In this document: positions 1 to 14,978 of the stretch, piece after piece
Position numbering within the stretch: position 1 is the stretch's first letter
Layout: every line of letters starts with the position of its first letter
From: the human T2T-CHM13v2.0 reference genome, Homo sapiens
Length of the DNA: 64,000 nucleotides
Direction: 5' to 3' (one strand)
NCBI RefSeq assembly: GCF_009914755.1
Contig: NC_060925.1
Made by a program: the position numbers and the translations under genes
The notes under the pieces: model-generated
The model's database searches: none
Told to the model about the DNA's origin: nothing
What the model saw: the letters and a program-made list of their open reading frames with translations, nothing else

Positions 1-3000
1 GTGCTATGTGCTTTTAGTGTCTTCTTATCTAACATATCAGTTAAAAACATAGAAAATGGTAGCACTACTTATAAGAAAGACAACTATTGAAGGAAGAAAA
101 AAGAGAAAATTATTGCCTTGTAAAAGGACATTTTCCAAACATTTGAAATTACAAAGTCTAATGTCTAGTGACTGAATTTGATGTGGCTGTTCCTATCTCT
201 GAGAACAGCACATTGTATTGTTTTCATTTTGCTGAGCAGTAAGATTTTTGACTGAGCTTTTAAACCATAATAACTGTTGCTCATGGATCTCAGCAGCAAA
301 AATTATAGTTATATACAGAATGGTATTTAAAATAGTTATCTAGTCCATTTTAAAGACCCCCTTCCCCAATACCTTTCCTCCATTGGCATTTTGAATTTGG
401 CAGCATGGGATGGTATGAAATTATTTCCACTTTGGGGTGACATCTGTACTTGCTTGGTTTTAGCCATGACAGCTGTATTCCAACTGTTGTTCAATCACCC
501 AGGGCTATCTCATCTACAGAAAAATGTGCCAGCTTCTCTCTTACCACCCAGAACTATTTTAATAAGCCAAACCAAGGCCTAGCATTCATCAGCGTTAAAA
601 TATCTGTAGCAGAATCATCTCAGGCTTGCTGTTACTCATCATGACCCCACGCACCCTATGTTCTTTCCTTTGTTCACAGAACATAAATATTCCATTTAGT
701 TTGTCTCTAATGCCATTTTCTCAGGGCAGTTATTGGAAATAATGGAAGAATGCAGTGGATCTGGGGAATTATGTTTTCTGTGTCTTAGCAAGTAAGTGAC
801 AGGTCCTAGGCATGTGGAATTAGAATTTTTTCTCTGCTTCTACATGCTTCTGCACCATTTAACAGAAATACAAGTGTAGGTTATATTACCTGTGGGAGGC
901 AGTTTTCCAGAAGGTGTAAGAAAAAGATGCCTTATACCAGTACCTCCTGGAGGGAGCACTCTAGGAACTACCTCTGTAGATGCTGTGATTCTGCCTGGTG
1001 CCTTGCAGCATCTGAGCTCACTTCTCACAGAGGAAGGAAAGCAGCACTCAGGTTTCTATCCAGTAACTCCTTTCAAGATGGCTTCATTTGGTAACCTAAC
1101 TCCCCAGATAGCATGGTGAAATAAATTGACAGGGTGTAGATGGTTTGAGATAAATATTCTTATTTGATTTAGACTCTTTGTAAATCAAAGCCATTCTATT
1201 AGCATAACTCAAGAAATCTATTTTTTTCTGTATTGATCTCCACTACATAATCTGTTTCCAGAGTAAATTTTTCTGTTTTTTTTTTTTTTCCCATTGTCTG
1301 CATCTAGATCTTTTGGTCCTCATGTCTTTGTAGAAAGTTATTGATATACCTTAACTTGGATGCTAGGTTGGTGATAGTCTTAAATGTTGCAAAGGTCGTT
1401 GTATTTAGCTATTATTGTTCCATGATTAGATTTTCCCTTCAGTGTTGTAGACATGAGTAGAGTCAGTATACTTCACTGCCTTATGTACCTAACTACTATT
1501 GAACCGGCTGTTGCCTCATGAAATCAATGGACACATTTGCAAAGTACCCTGAGTAGGATTTTCCTAATAGAGGTATATTATTTGAGCATCCTGAATTCTG
1601 GTAGGGCTGTTGGTTAGAACATCCAGAGATTGACTTTGGAGGAATAAGTTTTTATTTTCCAAGGTTTCTATGGAAGTTTAACTCAAGCTGCTGGTCTTTA
1701 TGCATTTTCTGTGCTGTGGATTGATTCTTGACTCTGGGCCCTAGTGTGAGGGGTTTCTTTCTTAAAAGTAAGCCTGGCTGCTCTGCCTGTCCTCCAGCCC
1801 TGAATTTTTCTGCTTATTGTTTTGCCTCTGGGATAAAGACAAAGCTACTTTGTTTTTCATCCTTTGGCTTCGTCCCAGTGCTTAGCTCTTTGCCAGAGAG
1901 GGGAGCATATATCAGGGGGTACTTGGGGAATCAGGCTTCCCCCAATTCTCTTGGTTCTAATCTTATCTTTTGCTATGTTTCCTTTCTTTTTTTCCTGTAT
2001 TTTCTGGCATTATTATTGACTCAGGGCCAAGAATTCAAATTTCATAGTCCTTCATGATTGTCTGATTCTCTGTCCTCTTGGATTTCTACCAGGAGAAGGG
2101 CCAGTCTTAGTGAGGCAGAGTTTTCTCTGCATTCAGATAGGCCACCTTGGCTGTAGCTAAGTCACTTATAGGATTTTAACAAAAGCTGTCAGAAATGGCT
2201 ATATACACCAATATTTTGACATTTTCCTACCAACTTCCCTAAAGACTTAGCCTGGAGAGGCATGTGGACTATATCCCAAAACACAAGAGGAAGGAGCATA
2301 GTTGGCTGCTTTGCAATGGCGTAACTAGGACTGCAAGCACCACTTCTTTGTAGTGGTTAGGGAAATCCTTTCTGCCTGCCTTCATTTCCATATTTTAGGT
2401 CCACCACTAGCTACACTCCACTTCCAGGGGCCATTATATGTGTTAATATTCTTTGATGGAGAGCTACGTAATAAACACTGTCTAATTTCAGGAGAAGGCA
2501 TTTATTAGAGACTACCATGTAGGTCCCAGAAACAGTCAATTGAGCCTTGACAAGGTCAGGAACCAAGCCTGTTTCAGGGGTGTGTGTACCAGGAACCATT
2601 CATGGCACTGGCTGAATTGACTCTTGGCAATTATTTTCTATTTTCATATCACTTCACTCAGGATTCAAATTCCTGGGAGAGGTGGAGCAAGTAAGTAGGT
2701 CTTGTACCCATCTTGATAATGGGGAAGGCAGGCTATATGATACACCTACCAAAATCACACATAACATGAAGGGATAAATTTCCTTATAGGTAGGAAAAAA
2801 GTAGCAGATGCCCATTTTGCTATTTCTTCTAAGCTGTTATATCTTGTTCTGCAGCCACAGCAGTATTGATTTTCTCTTGATTTTGAATCTGACTGTAGCC
2901 ATGTATGATATCTGTCAGTCTGGGAGTATTGGAATGGATTTGGAGGGAGAAGCGTATTGTCAATTGTTGTGGGTGTTTGACCTTAAGGATTTTATTTTTC

Positions 3001-3133
3001 TGCTATGAGTTGGGTGCCACATACATAGCTGTTTGGCAGTGGACTATCTAGAGATGATGACAGCATCCAACTTTCTTTCAGAGAAAGAGTAAAGTCACAT
3101 TTTCCTTGGTGCTGGCCATCAGATTTGGAGGGG

Positions 3134-3209
3134 ACCAATTTTGACTATACTTACCAATTTTGACTATACTTAACAATTTTGACTATAATTACCAATTTTG
3201 ACTATACTT
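3134..3209. repeat. Minisatellite, 4 x 19 bp (accaattttgactatactt)
   Basis: Units start at 3134, 3153, 3172 (2 mismatches) and 3191. Confidence 0.95.
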
Positions 3210-3233
3210 CTAGGAAGATTTTTAATTATCTGT

Positions 3234-3295
3234 AAATTATTTTTAATTTATCTATCTCACAAATTATTTTTAAATTATCTATCTCACAAATTATT
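3234..3295. repeat. Tandem repeat, ~2.3 x 27 bp (aaattatttttaawttatctatctcac)
   Basis: Units at 3234-3260 and 3261-3287 (1 mismatch), partial third unit. Confidence 0.9.
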
Positions 3296-3401
3296 GAGAC
3301 TCTTCTGTGTTTCAGGTACTCTGTGTGGCATAGAAAATACTAAGGAGGAAGACTAAGTTATGGCTCCTGCCTTTCGAGGAGCTCATGGTCTAACAGGAGG
3401 C

Positions 3402-3781
3402 TGTTATGGGCTGAATTGTGTCCTTCAAAATTCACATGTTGAAGTCCTAATCTTCACTACCTTAGAATGCAACTGGATTTGTAGATAGGGGCTTTAAAGA
3501 TGTAACTAGGTTAAAATGACATCATTTGGGTGGGCCCTAATCCAATATGACTGGTGTACTTATTAGAAGAGGAAATTTAGACACAGACACAGGGAGGATG
3601 CCATTTGAACATGAAGATAACTATCTATCTGTAAGTCAAGGAGAGAGGCCTCAAAAGAAACCAACCCTAGAGAAACCTTGATCCTGAACTTCTGGCCTCT
3701 AGAACTCTGAGAAAATAAATTTCTATTGTTTAAGCCACCTAGTCTATGGTACTTTGTTATGGCAGCACTAGGAAATTATAG
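3402..3781 (+). mobile_element. MaLR solo LTR (MLT1A/B-like)
   Basis: Starts tgttatgggctgaattgtgtcc; ends aataaatttctattgtttaagccacc...tttgttatggcagc; flanks gaggc/gagga. Confidence 0.8.
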
Positions 3782-4160
3782 AGGATAATAGGAAAAAAAT
3801 TACAGTACCAGTTCTTTGACTATGGAAGTAGACCTTGGGCTTCCTAATAATCTAGAAGGTACAGGTATTTTAGCATTCCTCTGGCCTTGGGAAGATAGCA
3901 AGAGCATACTAATATGTTTCCATTCAGACATTTGTTGAGTAATTAGTATATGCTTGTCTTAGGGTATTAGTTGCCCTAGACAATAATAGTTACCATTTAT
4001 TGAAAGCCTACTGTATACCATCACCATACCACCTGCTTGGTACATGCATGAATAAGATCCAGATCTAGGAACTCATGTCTAGTGAGAAGAGATGGATATG
4101 AAAAAAATAAATAAATTTAATAAAGGCGATTAGAGGTGCTAAAATATACTGGATGTGTAA

Positions 4161-4521
<361 letters not shown>

Positions 4522-5000
4522 AGGAAAAGCTTTCTAAGGAAAGAGATTTGAGTTGAGTCTGAAGGTATGAATGGTGCTTACTTAGTGGATGAATTGGGGA
4601 AGGTTGTCCTAGGAAGTGGGAACAGAATAAGCAAAGTTACAGAGGTACAGAATAGCATCATGTATTTGGGAACACCTTGTTTGCCAGTGTTTTTGGTTAG
4701 AGGTTATAGGTGGTGGCGTCACAGGAAATGAAGCTCAAGAGTCAGTAGAGAACAAATATATCAAGGGCCTTATATATGAAGACAAAGACTGGGCAATGAA
4801 GAGGCAGAGGGGTAACATGGTGAGTCTTTAATTTTACAAAGATATTTTGGAGACTGTTAGATAAAGGGATATAAGATAGAGTTTAGGAGATCATAAATGT
4901 TCTATTAACAATAATAGCTATAATTTGTTCAGTGTGAGAGACATGAATTAAGGCAGTGCCTGTAGGCATGAAGAGAAGAGAAATGGTTTGGAGGAATAGA

Positions 5001-5775
<775 letters not shown>

Positions 5776-8700
5776 AGGTAGATGAGCATTGATAATTGGG
5801 GCCTAGAGAATGAGATTTATGAGTAATTTTCTTTGATTGGTCGCAGAAGCTATGGAAATAGATTCAATCACTGAGAGTGATAAAAGGACCAAAAACAGAG
5901 CAGTGAGGGGAACATCAGCATTTAAGGGGCAGAAAGAGAAGGAGGAGCCAGCACTGAGGAATGGCCAGACATGGAGGACCTGGCCTTCTGGGTAGCCTTT
6001 ATCCAAGTACTCAAGATCAAGTCACTTGTCCCACGAGCAGATGTTCCATTGCACTTTCCCAAGTTGGCTGTGGGGCTCTGAGGGAGGAATAAAGGCCATT
6101 AGAAAATGTACCCTCAGAATCTTCTGTGCTGGTCAGAATTTAAATTACTGTTTTTCAACCAGTAGGTTTCAACCAGTGTGTTTAGAACACAAAGTAGAAT
6201 AGAGTTGAAAATATTGTGCTTTGTACATTGCAAATATTGTTTCAGTTACAAATAAATATGTGTATTTCAGTTTTATTATCTTTGTGTATATTTATGGGTC
6301 ATGATATAACGTATGTATTTTTTACTGTGGGTCACAGAAAAAAACATTTGAAAGCCACTGGCTTAAATGACTCCCTTGTTGAAAGTTTGTAGTTGAATGG
6401 GAAATCTTTCCCATACTTAACATGGTTCCCCCTGGTCAGCTGGTTACTGATTCAAATTTTCCTTGTTCTAGCCATGAGCTGATGGCAGCATTCCCAGTCC
6501 TTATCAAGTATCGGCTGGAATGTCTGTAGTGGTATTTTTTAGGGCATGGCTCACTTCCTTTCTCCTTTTGCCAATGAAAAGGAGCATGGCTTTACAATGA
6601 GCTCAACCTTGCAGAGTTTGCCCTGTAAACCTAGATTTTCCCAAGGCCATGAAAATCCCTCTTCCATTTAAATGACTCTAAGACCAGACAAGACCAACTC
6701 ATTTGTTTTCCTATAAGGTCTTTTAAATGCAGAAAAAGAACAAATCCATAAAGCTTTGATTTGGTTTTACTTAAATGAGTCTCGACTTCATTTATCCTGC
6801 AAATTTCCAATTTGTGATTCTTGCGTGCCCTTTATGGAAAGAGGTTTGAGGAAGGAGGCCTGAAATATTTCTGTAAGAGTTTTCAAAAGCAGGAAGAAAA
6901 TTGGAAGAAGAAACTTACCTCCTAAAGCATTTATGGTCTTTATTTTAGGGTTGGATTTTGTAACAGATCATTGGGTTATATCTTCTTTTAGAAGATTCAT
7001 TTCTGTGCGGTGTATCCATCAGAATAGGATGTTAAGTATGTGAAGTGCATCTTAGTCTTTTGAGTCATTCACAGCTGGAAAACTCGGACCTCATCTTCGT
7101 GATTCAGCTTAACTGATGTACTCACTTCAAAGGCTAAGCCTATTTGATATTAAGAGATAAACTGTGGCTTTTAAGTTTTATATGACTTTTTGGATAGACA
7201 TTTCAAACATTTAAAAATTACTTTTTATTATTCATGCTGTATCTAGGGAAAAAATTTCAATCAATTAATACTTTTGGTACCTTTTCATATATACTGAATT
7301 CTACAAAATATATTTGGGAATATGAAAAAAGTTACAAAAGAGATGATAAATTTCAGTAGTTAAGTGTGTAGTCTCTGCCAGGGACTGGCTTATGATATGT
7401 GACATTGGGTAAGTTATTTAACCTTTCTGTGCCTTGGTCTCCTCATACAAAATGTGAAGATGTGTCTACCACATTGAGCTGTTGTGAGGATTAAATGATT
7501 AAACATGAAAGAATCATAGAGCAGTCCCTGGTATATAGTAAGTCTTCAATAAGTTATCTGTTATTATTACTATTATTATAAAGGTGTATCCTTTTCTTTA
7601 AGGAATAATTTTAGAAACAAGATAAACCCACTGAAACAGGAAAAGCAATGTGGATGAATTGGTGATCAACAAGTATTTGTTGAGAACTCTGGCACTGTTT
7701 GGATTCTGGAAAGACAGATGGCAATATCACATCTCATATCAACTAAGGAAATATGTCAGTACATCATAATAGTAGCTGCCATTCGCTTTTCCTAGGACTT
7801 TCTAAGTAGGAAATCATTTAGTCCTTACAACCAACCTAAAAGGTGAAGCAGTTTGCCCAAGGTTACAGCTAGTGAGCGAGGGAGGCACACTTCTAAACCA
7901 AGCAGTCAGCCTCCAGAGCCAGCTCTCTAACAGCTGTTACAGTGAGTCAACATGCTTGCTGTCCTCAGGGAACTTACAGTTTACATAAAGAGGCAGATAC
8001 ATTAAGAATCAAGTAATTCTACTAACAATAATAGCTACCATTTGTTGAATGAAATATAGTATAGCAGTGAAGAGCATAGACTGTGAGCTCAGTTACTTAG
8101 GTTTGATTCCTATCTTTGCTGCTTTTAAACTGTGTGATTTGGGGTGTTATTTAACCCCTCTATAAGCCTGTTTACTTACCCATAAAGTATTTTGAGGATG
8201 AAATGAGTTAATGTATGTATGTGCTTAGAACAGTGTTATGTAATTGCAACCCATTGTGACTAGGACTACTGCTATTATGGCCTGACTTAATAATCCTCAT
8301 GCCATTCCTATGAGGGTTTTTCAGCTAGGTAAACTGAGGCTTGGGCAGTTAATTCATTAAGACTGCCCAGTGGCAGGCGTAAGTGTGGGCATAGCACTCC
8401 AGTCCTGTTTGCTCTCGAGGCTTGTGCTCTGAACATTATGTGTTACTGCTTCTTCAGAACATAATGCAGACCATGATGCATGCTATAGTGCAGATTTAAA
8501 GAGTGAAGTTTATCTGAGCGCTGACTTGTCCATGATTGGGAGGGGTTCTAAGGCTTAGAGAGTGATAGGGATTGAGAGGTAGTAAGATTGGAAAGAAACT
8601 CCCTCAACAAAGAAAGCTATGAGACAGGTGATTTATGGCAGGTCCCACCAGTAACAGGGATCAATGTCCTGTTCTCATGAAAGGCGACAGGACATCTGAT

Positions 8701-9096
8701 AGAATGGCATAAGGATATTAGAGCTTTTAAGTGCTGTGGCTTTGCGATCTCAGGTGAAAGGCCCTTGTACACACTGGGTGTGGGTGTGGGGGTGGCCTGT
8801 GAGTGCACACACTGACTTGGACGTAGAGCTTCATGGTCTGGTCTATGATGGACAGAGTGCAGCATCAGCCTTTTGAAGCCTGGGAGATGGGGAGAGGCCT
8901 TCAAAGCAAAACCAAGAGTAAATTTCTCACCAAACCTGTGCCATGCCAGTGGTGTGTAGAGGGGGGAGAGGGGGCCGGGGGTGGTGCTCAAAGTCAGATT
9001 CAATTAGGCATTTCTTACATTCAGAATTGTGGAGTAAAATTTAAAAGCCACTACAGAAATCTGTAGCAAATCAGGCTGCAAAAGCCGCTCAGGACC

Positions 9097-9147
9097 CTAT
9101 TAATAAGAGCTCTGAAAACTCTTATTTTTCAGAGCTCTTATTAATAG
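9097..9147. repeat. Perfect inverted repeat, 22-bp arms, 7-nt spacer
   Basis: ctattaataagagctctgaaaa / ctcttat / ttttcagagctcttattaatag. Confidence 0.95.
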
Positions 9148-10057
9148 CTCTGGGTTCTGGTGGGGAACCCAGGCTTGTTTTACAGAGTAATAGGGAATCA
9201 TTTAGATGATATTAGAACTGAAGAATGACATGATGAAGCAGATATTTGGGAATTAAGCCCAGGAGACCAATGTGGCTATATATGACTAGAGGATAAACCA
9301 TGTAAGAGGCTGTTGGAACAGTTCAGGAGGAAATGATCAGGACTGGGATTAGGGGCAGCAGTGGGAATTCAAAGGAAATAAAAAGTGTGAGTAATATTGT
9401 AAGGGTAAAAATGGGGTAGGAGGTGGATTGATGACACTTAGCTAAAGGGGAGAAGGGAGAAGGTTCAGAAGCAAATGTCACTCCCAAGATTTCTATCCTA
9501 GGAGCCTGTGATAACAATGATGCTATAATTGGAAATGATGCAGTTGGGATGTAGAAATGGTTTGGGGGACAGTCAGGGATAAAAGTTCAGTTTCAGGTGT
9601 ATTGCATTTTATCTGACAGTGATACTCTCTTTCATGTATTTTTTGGCAAAGTAAGTGTACACAGTGACAGATTTTGAGGGGCAGAGCATACTGTCGATCA
9701 TCTTATTATGTAGTAGAGTTTTTCCTGGCCTCTTCGTATCTAGCTACACTTTGGCTTAGCATTTGTCACAAAGATACTATGGGAGAAGATGAATAAAAAA
9801 ATCCAAGTTCCCTTTTGTGGAGTGTCACAGATGTGTTAGACAAGTGCTGAGTGTAATTGATAAATTGGTTTTCAAGGTAGAGACCCAGCTGGATACCTAA
9901 ATATAGATCCTTTCTACTCTAGTTGTAAACTTGCATTAAAATTTTTTTTATCGAATGCTCAGTTTTTAATCTGAGAAAAATGAAATTATTATAATCTATA
10001 ATACTAAAAACTTTGTAAGCTATATTTTTCAAGACATTTACCCTAAACAGTGATTGA

Positions 10058-10370
<313 letters not shown>

Positions 10371-10738
10371 AGAACCGTAATGTTTTTTAAGGACCATTTA
10401 GAGTTAATAACAACCATGAATAGGAGGTACATAATAGTTTTCAACTGTTTTTAAGCTTATTAATTAAAACAGCAATGTGAGATGAAGGGGTAAAAAATGA
10501 TGCTTAAATGTAAGTGGCTTTTCTAATCTGAATAGTATGACTATAATGTTATTTATTAGAAAACAGCAATTATATAAATAATACATATTCTCCCCAAGAG
10601 TATTTTTACAACGGGAATTGTCATTTAATTATAGGAAAATGGATCTAATAAATTATGTTAAAAATCGTAGTCAGAGTATGTTTTCAGATAAGTTAGGCAG
10701 ATAAGCAATTTGATTTATGTGTGGAAAAATGTTTGTGA

Positions 10739-11760
<1,022 letters not shown>

Positions 11761-11784
11761 TAGGTGGCGAGTTTATGGACGGCT

Positions 11785-12229
11785 TTTCTTTCTCTTTCCT
11801 TTTAATTTCTTCTCCCTCCCTCCCTCCCTTCCCTTCCTTCCTTCCTTACTCTCCCTCCCTCTCTTTCTCCCTCCCTCTTTCCCTCCCTTTCTTTCCCTAC
11901 CTTTTTCCTTTTCTTTCCCTCCTTCCCTCTCTCCCTTGCTCTCCCCCTTGCTCCCTCCCTCCCTCCTTCCAGGGTCTCACTCTCTGAGGGTGGAGTGCAG
12001 TAGTGCAGTCACAGTTCACTGCAGGGCTCAAAAGATCCTCCCACTTCAGCCTCCCAAGTAGCTGAGACCACAGGTGCAGGCCACCAACCTAGCGAATTTT
12101 TCAGTGTTTTGTAGAGATGGGATCTCACTCCTTTGCCCAGGCTGGTCTTGAACTCCTGGGCTCAAGCAGTATGCCAGCCTTGGCCTCCCAAAGTGTTAGG
12201 ATTACAGGCATGACCTACCATGCCCGGCT
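11785..12229 (-). mobile_element. AluJ whose tail has expanded into a ~185-bp CT-rich tract (11785-11970)
   Basis: Pure pyrimidine (CCTT/CCCT)n followed by reverse AluJ sequence. Confidence 0.85.
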
Positions 12230-12293
12230 GACTTTTTTTCTTTAGGCTTATATTTTCCACATTTTAAATATAAAACAAACACATTAACTTTCA

Positions 12294-12645
<352 letters not shown>

Positions 12646-14559
12646 TAGCATTCTAGGAAGTAGAAGAAACTTATTCTACGTATTGTAGCTTTACAGTTTT
12701 CAACTATATGATGCTCCTCATTAAACAATTTTATTATAAATAGTTCCATGTGAGAAATGTGGTAGAATATGTTATCAACTCTTTACATTTGCAGGATCTG
12801 TTTTGGTAACTATTTTTCTTAACTTTGTAAAGTCTAGGGGGAAGGTCCAGGCTGTGTAATAAACCAGTAATAAAGGTGAACAATAATTTTTATTTCTTGA
12901 ATTCCCATGATAAAATCATATTATAGGGTAAAATAAGTGAAAGGATAAAACGAAATATTTTAGCTATCATTCTTTGTTAAAAGAACGACCTTTTACCTTT
13001 CCAAATTAGAGTCTAGAGGTTTGTAATCTTTTTTTGTAACACAGTCTCCTCTGGATTAAAGGTATGAACTTTTTCCCCAGAGATGCACATTAACTTGTGC
13101 CTGCAATTTCAGGGAGTTATGAAAACAGCGTTGGGGCTTTCTTAAATGACATCTTAACTAAAGAACAAGAAGATTTCTGGCACAGTTATTGCACTTCTGA
13201 TATGCATCACACCCTGTTCTGTCTTATCGACGGAATGGTTGAGCCACCTTTGTGTGCTTGTGGGGTTCATTCATATGTGGGCAGCTCTTTTGATCCAATA
13301 GACAACAACTGACACCTTCATGCAGGTGGCATCAGTATATGCCTCCTTTTCCTTGCCTTTGGTCTGTCTCAGCACCCTACTAATTGTATTTTTTTAAAGC
13401 CTATTCTAAAGAAGCTTCAGAAATATTGGAGAGAGGAAGGATGCAGGGAGAAAGGGAGTGTCGTTAAAATCTTAAATTCTGAGACACAAGCTAGATTTTG
13501 TGTCAGCTATCCTGAGGAGTGTGTACATAGGTTGTGGGTGAATGTGGGGTAGGGAGCATGTGTTTATGGACAATGCTGTTGGTATGTATCTAAGCATTGG
13601 AAGGTCTTTTCAGATGGGTTGCCTCATTACTTGGACAGAATTCTTTATCTGTGAGGTTTCTTTCATTTGGAGACCATGGTAAACCCTACTAAACTGGCTT
13701 AAGCAGAAACGGGAATTGTACAAACCAGCAGTCCATGAGTGATGCTGGCATTAGCAAAGCTCTGTGTGGGGCCCATACAATGTGACTAGGACTCAGTTCC
13801 TTGCCTTTTCTCTCTTCTGATGTCCTGTCTGATGTACCTGATTCATCATTTAGGTATCATCATATTAAGGTTAGCTCCACACTGTGTCCCAAGATGGTGG
13901 TCAGCAACTGCTGGGACCATCTGCTTTCTTATTCATGCAGAGCAGAAAAGGAGAGAGACTTTGGCTCAGAATTTCTAGCAAAAGTCCTGAGATTTATTCT
14001 GACCTTGCGGCCTTTAGTCACATGCTTGCCTCTGAAACAATCACTGTGATGAAGGGGATCAGTTTGGCTTAGCCCATTCTTGTGTCCCATATCTGAAGCT
14101 AGGAGCAGTCAGCTTCCCCTGATCCGCAGTGATCCTTAAATGACCAATGGGTGCTAAAACAACCAATGAGAGTTATTTACCAATGGCAACTCATAACTTT
14201 TAATAGAATGCAAAATGAGGTAGTGTTTCTAGGGTGGACCTGCCTGGCCTTTTATTCCAGCTCTGCCCACTTACCTGGTTGTCTGTGATCCTGGTGAAAT
14301 CATTTCACTTTTCCAAGCCTTGGTTTCCTGAATCATGAAATTAGGATAATAATCATACCTATCTCATAATAGTTTTATGAGTATTAAAAACATGTAGATA
14401 ATTTTATATGCTGTTACCTGGGATATAGTCAATGCTTGGTTAATAAAAAGGCATTACCTTTGACTTACCCCAAATAATTTACCTTGACTATCCCTAGATG
14501 AATATAGTGTGTTTTTTTTTCTTTTGAAATAAAATTGGTCTTGAAGAATAATGCTAGTT

Positions 14560-14978
14560 TAGAACCAACTCAAATGTCCAACAATGATAGACTGGATTAA
14601 GAAAATGTGGCACATATACACCATGGAATACTATGCAGCCATAAAAAATGATGAGTTCATGTCCTTTGTAGGGACGTGGATGAAGCTAGAAACCATCATT
14701 CTCAGCAAACTGTCGCAAGGACAAAACACCAAACACTGCATGTTCTCACTCGTAGGTGGGAATTGAACAATGAGAACCCATGGACACAGGAAGGGGAACT
14801 TCACACACGGGGGCCTGTTGTGGGGTGGGGGAAGGGGGAGGGATAGCATTAGGAGATATACCTAATGTAAATGACGAGTTAATGGGTGCAGCACACCAAC
14901 ATGGCACATGTATGCATATGTAACTAACCTGCACGTTGTGCACATGTAACCTAAAACTTAAAGTAAAAAAAAAAAAAG
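14560..14978 (+). mobile_element. 5'-truncated L1PA 3' end (ORF2 C-terminus, 3'UTR, poly-A)
   Basis: ORF 14584-14766 [28 protein letters not shown] matches the L1 ORF2 end; G-rich 3'UTR and A tail. Confidence 0.95.

Noticed and set aside
3134-3209. Short direct repeats resembling a CRISPR array (also 23028-23214)
   Set aside because: No unique spacers, no cas genes, and the context is primate genomic DNA; these are plain tandem repeats.
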